From Cyanophora paradoxa CCMP329 (lineage: Eukaryota > Plantae > Glaucophyta), in contig QPMI01000062.1 of NCBI GenBank assembly GCA_004431415.1, positions 124,001-188,000 on the forward strand: 64,000 nt of DNA, written 5' to 3'. The notes below the pieces were generated by a model, which saw only the letters and a program-made list of their open reading frames with translations, did no database searches and had not been told where the DNA came from. The translations under genes and the position numbers were made by a program. The first letter of the stretch is position 1. Every line of letters begins with the position of its first letter. This document shows positions 57,337-64,000 of the stretch, piece by piece.

Positions 57337-59133
57337 CTAGCCTAGTAGTACTAGCAGACCGCGCCCGGCCGTGCGCAAGTGCGGCAAGTGCGGGCCGCGC
57401 GCGGAGGTGCAAGGGGGGGTACTTGTGCACATTGCAGGGGTCTTGAGAGGGGGGGGGGGGGGGGGGGGCAGAGACGCGAGGTGGGCGGCCGGGCGAGGCG
57501 GGCGCCGGGGGCGGGGGAGGGGGAAGGGGGGGGGAGGGGCGGGGGGGGGGGGGGGGGGGGGGGGGGTGCGGGTCAGAGAGGCGGGGCGGGCGGACGGGCC
57601 TGGGGTGGGGTGGCGAGGCGAGCAGGGGTGGCGAGCGGCGGCGGCGGACAGGCGAGGGCGGCGGCGGGCGTGAAAGTGGGAGGAGAGGCAGTGGGATGCA
57701 CTTAGCCTGCGCATGCGCAGAGCCGACGTCAGCTCTCCCTGGACAGCGACTGTGCGGGGGCGGGGCCCAGCGGGGTCGGCCGGGTCAGGTGCGCAGCAGC
57801 AGCGGCGTGGCGAACCTGGAGTCGACGAAGTTGAAGCAGCCGGCGGGGCGGCGGGCGAGGAAGCGGGCGGAGCGGCGGCAGGTGGCGCCGCGCCCTGTTC
57901 ATAGCCTGCGCATGCGCATGCTTGACCGGCGAGCCGCACCCAGCCCGCCGCGCTCCCGCCCCGCCCGTCGAGCCGCGCCGTCACTTGTCTCTCGAGCCTG
58001 CCGCCGGCTGCATGGCGCCGGCATCGGTGCGCGAGGGCAGCGTGGCGCGCGCGGGCCGATGCAGACCAATATGGCAGATGCAGGTTCACTCCGACAACGT
58101 GCCCACGCGTGAGAGGCTGCTGCTAGAGGCCAGGCGAGGGAGGCCAGGCGAGGCTGCTGCTGCTAGAGGCTGCTGCTAGAGGCGAGGCCAGACCCATGGC
58201 CACGCGTCAGAGGTTGCTGCTGCTGAAGCTCGGATCTGCGGTCGGCGGGCGAAAGGCGCCGGCAGTCAGCTGCAGCTGCAGAACCATCGGCGCGGCCTCG
58301 GCCAATTGCAAGCGGCGCGCACCGGAAGGCGGCGTCGCGGGCGCCTTCTTCCGGCACTGACGAACGTGCTTGTGCAGGTTCTTGTGCTTGAAGAGAATGA
58401 CAACGCCGAGCTGAAGTCTGCTTGAACCGGAGTCCGTCAGAAACCGAGAGCGTAGCTATAGGCCGAGCTCGAGGCCGCGACGCAGCCGGGCGCGCACCGG
58501 AACGCTGCGTAGTGGGCGCCTTCTTTCTGCACTCTCTCACGTGCCAACGTGTCCGGTCGAGCGAAGTGCTTCCAGCATGCGCAGCGAGTGCATTTGCCGC
58601 CAGTATGGCAGCCGAGCGGCTGCGATGGAGCTCGAGCAAAGCTGACCTTCGCTTGCGACTACGTTTGTCGTCCGCGGACCCGGGCGAAGGGCCGGGTGAC
58701 GCGTACCCGGTTCAAGGCTTTGGGGGGGGGGCTATCTGGCCGGGTACTGCAACACGATATCCCCTGAAACTCGCAGGAGCGCATTTTTTCGGCGCCCGGT
58801 ACAACAGGTACTTGAGGCGGCCTAGCGAGCCACGCGCCGCTTCTAGAGCCAAGGCATGTATGACAGAGTTTGTAGAGCGCATTGAGAGCATTCAGGTGCA
58901 CGTGGTTTGGCGCATATAGCGATAGCAGGTGAGGCGCGAGCGCGACATGTTTGCGCAGCCCCGCCCTTGCATTTTTTTCCGCCGCTCGCAGCGGCTACGA
59001 TGTGATCACGCCTATACGAGAGCGCATGCAAAGAATCGCATCTTACAAAAATTGCTAACACAGAAAGTACGCCGCACCAATTCACCAGGGGAGCAAGGGA
59101 GGGGGTACCCCCCCTTGCAACTAGCCTAGTAGT
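57337..59133. mobile_element. Putative non-autonomous Helitron/Helentron-like element (~1.8 kb)
   Basis: Perfect 15-bp subterminal inverted repeat (tgcaagggggggtac 57408-57422 / gtacccccccttgca 59105-59119). Hairpin followed by CTAG-T at the right end. 13-bp direct repeat ctagcctagtagt at 57337 and 59121. No convincing ORF inside. Confidence 0.45.
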
Positions 59134-59371
59134 TGCGTTTATGATTTGTATCCCTGCGTATTAGTATAGTTTGCTGTATGTTTCGCGATCGCGTCTTTGA
59201 GTAGTTTCCCGCATTACCATCGCCGGCGGGCGCCGTGACGTCGACGCGCGGCTTAGTCAAGTGGCCGGTTGGGTACGCTTACTCGCGCCGGGTACAGTCG
59301 AACTAGGCCGCGCACTGCGGATCCGGAATTTGAAAGCTCTGAGTCTAGCTAACCAAAGCCCCCCGCTGATC

Positions 59372-62300
59372 ATGAGCAGCTGCAGCGGATTTGGCCATAC
59401 GCAGCTCGGGAAACGGAAGCAGGATGAGTACGAGTCAGGAGATCAGCTAGAGGGGCAGATTCCCGCCAAGAGCTCGCGCGGCTTGGACGGGAACGATGTT
59501 GATACGACACCTAACTTCGAGCTTCTACCAGGTGCGCCGCGACGCCCGCGTCGCCCGCGCCGCGCACGGGCGCCGCGCGGCCCGCGTGCCGCGCGCGGCG
59601 CCTCGAGCTTCTGGCGCGCTGCGCCGCTTTTGCCGCTCGCTGAAAGCGTTTCTCGTGCTCGCAGACGAGATCCTGCTCGCCATCTACCGCGATGTCCTGC
59701 GGACGGACGGCCCCCTCGGGCTCGTGCTATCGCTGGGCGGGACCTCTCGCCGGCTACGGGATCTGTGCTGGTACGCGGAGTTCTTCGAAGAGGTCGAGCT
59801 CGAGGCAAGCACCGCTGCTGCCCTCGGCGCTCATACAGTCGCTGACAACGCGCAGCCGGCGCACATGATCAGCGTCTCGCTCCTGGAGTCGTGCTTCAGG
59901 CGCATGGGCAATCACGTCCGGAAGCTCTGCCTCAGCGGCCTTTACATGCGCGGCTTCACCTTGTCGTCGAGCTCCATTAGTATCGGCGAGGTTCGCTTGC
60001 CGCCTTACCTTCGATGGAAGACATCACTGCTCATCAAGAACGCCTTTCCGCAGCTTCTCTCGCTGACGCCCGGGCTCACGCACCTCTCGCTGGCGCACAT
60101 GCGCTTCTTGAAGGAGGAAGACGAGGACGGGGTTGCATCTGTGCAGCCTGTGCGCCCCGGCGTTGCCGGCATCCCGTTTGGCCCGAGGTCGTCGCTTACC
60201 GGATGTATTTGCGCAGATTGTCCTTCAGAATCTGCCGCCCCTCCCGTCCCTCCACACCCTGAACCTCTCCGACATTGTCGTGTTTTCTGATGTGCTCCGT
60301 ACCGTCGTCTCGGACGCCTCCGACACCCTCCAGCGTCTTTTCCTGTGGCGCGTCATCCCCCTCTCTCCCCTCCCATCTGCCCCCCCCCCCCCCCCCCCCG
60401 ACCCCCCTCCCGGCGCGTCATCCTCCCCTCCCCCTTCCCGCCCTCCCCCTCCCCCCCCCTCCTCCCCCCTCCCTCCCTCCCTCCCCCCCCCCCCCCCCCC
60501 GCGACACACACCATTCCCCCTTCCCGTCAACCCCTCGCCCGCACCCCCGCACCTCCCCTTTACCCCCTTTAACCCCACTCTCACCCCACCCTGCCGCGTA
60601 CCCCGCCCGCCCCTCAAATCCCGGGCCGGACCCATCCTCACTCTACATGCGCAGCAACACAGTGGTCATTGAGTTGAAGAACGTCGACAATGATCACGAG
60701 TTTACTCTGTACCCCACGACGGTCTTGCAAAGTCTCGCCGACCTCTGGTGAGGCTTTCTCCCGCCGTCAGGTCGCCACACTCTGTCTGACAGGCTCGGAA
60801 GGCTGCCGCAGCTGCGCGCTCTGGACCTCTCGCACTCGGTCGTCGAGGCCGAGGCACTCGTCGACTGGGTGAACGCGCACCCGTCGCTCGAACAGCTCTA
60901 CCTCGTGCGCTCTCGCCGCGGTCGTCCTTCGCAGTGGCCGGTCACCCTGGATACAGAGACAGCTCAAGAAGAAGTTCGTCTACGTCAACGACGACGACTG
61001 GAGCTCGCTGCACGCATCGCTGAGCTGGTTCGCCGGCAGGGTGTTCGGTTGTTCGGTCGCCGTTAACCTTTTGGGTCCACCTGCGCAGGTTCGCACAATT
61101 GGATACCTGGACAGATGGCAAGTACGCCTCCGCCATCGTTCGCTTCGGGAGGAGTGAGGGGCTCGCAATCTGCGGCGTCGACGGCGAGCTCTACGACCGG
61201 GTTTCTTCCCCCACTTGAGCTCCTGTCGGTGCCCGCGCAGGCCTGACGCGCAGGCATGCGCGCGCAGATGGAGGAAGGGTTCTTCGAGGGGCGGCCGCTG
61301 GAGCCCGGCGAGCTCGACGAGTTCGTCGCCGAGTTCTCCGACCTCCCCGGCGACGCCTGCTGGGGCCTCGAGGCCCGCGACCACCGCGGCCGCACCCCGT
61401 TCCTCGGTCCGACCCCCCGCCGAGCGGCCCCTCGCCCGGCGGCCCCCGCCATAGGGCTCCAGTCTCTTGACATGGGCACGCTTGCGCACAGCAGCGGCGG
61501 TCGCCAGGGGCGATCTCGACCTCGCCCGGCGCCTGAAGGAGGCCGGCGCCGACGTCTCAGCGATCTGCCATCCCCACCCGCGCGCCTCCGCCAGCCGCGC
61601 CAAGCGCTGGGTGCGCACCCCTGCCCCCGCGCCCTCGCCCGTCGAGCTCACTTCCCTTGGGAGGCAGAGCAGCCCGTTTCCTTTCTTCCCCTCTGAGCAC
61701 TCCTGGCACTGGTGCGCTCGCAGCCGTCCCGCTGCTCGTCTCTGCCTCCTCTGCAGCTGATCACGAGCGGGGCGACAGCAGCGACGAGGAGGGCGAGGGC
61801 GCGACTGCCCTGCACCTGCTCGAGGACCTTGGAAAGGACCCCCGCGACCTTGCCGAGGTTCGATTCGCGCCTATGCAGGAGGGGCCGGCGCCTCGCCGCG
61901 CTGACGCGGCGGCGCTGCCGCTGCAGGGGCTGCGCGCCCTGGGGCTCGCCCCGCTCGCGAACGCGCGGGCGAGGAGGCGTGGGATGGAGACGCCGCTGCA
62001 CGCGCACGCCGCGGCCGACGGCGGCTCCGTGCAGATCGTGTCCACCCTCCTCGCCCTCGGCTCCGACCCCTTCCTCAAGGCGCGCCTCCCCTCCCCGCCC
62101 GCCCCTCGCCTCCCGGCCGGCGCCGCTGATCATGAGCGAGGGCCCCCAGAATGCGTCCGGGGACAACGCTCTGTTCGCTGCACTGCGCGGGCCCGACTGC
62201 AAGGCTGAAGTTGTCAAGGCGCTCCTGGACGCGCACCCGAGCCTCGCCGATGCGTTAGGTGACAGCGCCTTGCGCCCTCGCGCGGCCGGCACGTGACCGT

Positions 62301-64000
62301 CGGCTCGGGATCACAGACACGCACGGGGAGAGCGCTCTGTTTGCCGCGTTGCGAGGGTCCGTCTGCAAGGCTGAGGTTCTCGGGGCGCTCTTGGGCGCCC
62401 GCCCGAGTCTTGCCCGCACCACCGGTGCTCGGGACCCCCTCCGCTCTGTGTTGCAGCCGCAGCTGACATGAGTTGCGATGCGGCCGCAGACGCCCAGGGC
62501 CGGAGCCCCATCGCCATGCTCGCGCACTCCGAATGGAGCTCCGCGCTCGCTGGCAAAGTGGCGGCCCTCACGGCGGCGGGGGCCATCGAGTGGGGCGAGG
62601 ATGCGGCGAGGCTGCTGCGCGTGGCGGTCCTGGAGAACAGCGAGGAGGTCGTCCGCCGCCTCCTCGCCCTCCCGGGGGCCGACCCCGGCGCCGCCCTCGC
62701 CTCCTGGACCGACGCCGGCGTGCGCCGGCCGGGCGGCGTGACGCCCCTCATGGAGGCGATGACGGACTGGAGGGACGGGTGCACGTGGCGGGCGCTGCTC
62801 GCCGTGCCGGACATCGACGTCGACGCCCGCGACGACGCCGGCCGCACCGTCCTCCACCACGTCGCCGTGGACGACGGGTACTACGGCTGCAGGGACGGGC
62901 CCTCGCAGCTGGAGGCGCTCCTCGAGCACCCCGTCGACCTCAACGCCGTCGACGGCAAGGGCTTCACCGCCCTGCACCTCCTCCTCCTCGCCTCGGGCTC
63001 GCTGCTCCCTCCGCAATCGCGCGCCAAGATCCAGAAGCTGCTCGGTGCGTTCGACGCCGGTTGGCATCCACAAGGCCCGACCACGAGCGCGACTGACTGC
63101 GTGTGCGGGGGCAGAGAGGCGGGAGTTGGACCCGAACATGCGGGACCCGGCCGGCCTCCCCCCGCTCTTCCTCGCCGTCAGGCGCAAGGCGCACGACGTG
63201 CTCCAGGCGCGTCGCCCCGGCTCTGCTTGCCCGCCCCCGGGCCCGGGCCCGGCCCGCCGGCTGCAGTGGGGCCTGAGAGACGGGCGCCGCAGCTCCTCCT
63301 CGACCGCCCGGACCTGGACGTGAACGCGACGGCGGAGGGCGGGAAGTGCGCCGCCCTCGCCCCCCGGCCCCCTCGGCGCGGCTGCGGGTTCGACGGCGGG
63401 CGCGGCGCAGGACGGCCCTCTGGCTGGCCTGCGCGGAGCACGACTGGTGGTCGGCGAGGCGGATCCTGAGGTTCCCCGGCGTCGACGTGCACCGGGCCCC
63501 GGCCGGCCGGCCCTCCCCCATCTTCCTCGCAATCTCGGCCCCGTTCGCGAGGGAGGCGGGGGACCCGGAAAGGGCGCTGCACTTCGACGTCCTCGAGGTG
63601 CTCTTCGCGCGGGGCGCCCGCGCCGAGCCGGCCGACGACTCCGGCTACGGCGTCCTCCACCACGTGCCCCGCCCCTGCCTCTCCTGTGCCCCGGCCCGGC
63701 CCGCGCCGACCGCCGGGGCGGGGCGGGGCGGGCGGCAGGTCGTGGCGAACTCGAACGAGGCCGCCACGGCCGATGCCCTCCTCTTCCTCGACGACCCCCG
63801 CGCCGCCTGCGCCCTCCGCGATCCCCAAGGTCCCCGCCCCCTTCCCCCTCCCCCTCTCCCCTCCCCCTCCTCCCCCCCTCCTCCCTCCCCCCTCCTCCTC
63901 CCCCCCTTCCCCCCCCCCCCCCCCCCACCACCACCACCACCTTCACCCGCCCCTCCCCTCCCCCCCGAACTCTCGCTTTTTGCCTCGCCCCGGCCGCTTC
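59372..64000 (+). CDS. F-box + leucine-rich repeat + ankyrin-repeat protein; 3' end probably beyond the window
   Basis: F-box FELLP|DEILLAI..SLGGTSRRLRDL. LRRs: LTHLSLAH, LHTLNLSD, LQRLFLW, LRALDLSH, LEQLYL. Ankyrins: GRTPFL, GATALH, ETPLH, GDNALF, GESALF, GVTPLMEA, GRTVLHH, GFTALH, GLPPLFLA. Confidence 0.75.

Noticed and set aside
91-63946. Hundreds of long Arg/Pro/Gly/Ala-rich ORFs in the six-frame track (e.g. 49627-52320, 36649-39066, 40337-42034)
   Set aside because: These are shadow ORFs caused by stop-codon scarcity at high GC; they run antisense to, or read through the introns of, real genes.
1-64000. tRNA, rRNA or FMN riboswitch
   Set aside because: None recognised by eye, including around ribA; an Infernal or tRNAscan run would be needed to exclude them.

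Overview
GC-rich eukaryotic nuclear DNA, densely packed with genes. The genes are broken by many short introns (mostly about 50-110 nt), so the ORF track captures only exon fragments; gene models below were spliced by hand. The hemC transit peptide starting MAAF, a ciliary gene (CFAP418) and the intron style suggest a flagellated alga, probably a glaucophyte such as Cyanophora (inference). Genes in order: 3' end of an unknown Pro/His-rich gene, GT43 glycosyltransferase, tandem kinase-pseudokinase, M1 aminopeptidase, plastid-targeted hemC, kelch protein, kinesin-14, LOV-GTP cyclohydrolase II fusion, profilin-like protein, CFAP418/C8orf37, PPC-domain protein, divergent SSRP1/Pob3-like protein with AT-hooks, kinesin-3, OSBP, cytochrome P450, and an F-box/LRR/ankyrin protein. 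A ~9.5-kb near-identical tandem duplication (9081-18604 / 18651-28200) has a templated junction insert; it could be real or a misassembly. Main highlights: (1) a flavin-binding LOV sensor, lacking the conserved Gln, fused to the first enzyme of riboflavin synthesis; (2) an SSRP1 paralog that lacks the Spt16-dimerisation PH domain and has AT-hooks where the HMG box would be; (3) introns with GYNCGC donors and complementary C-rich 5' and G-rich 3' ends; (4) palindrome-saturated intergenic DNA and a Helitron/Helentron-like element.
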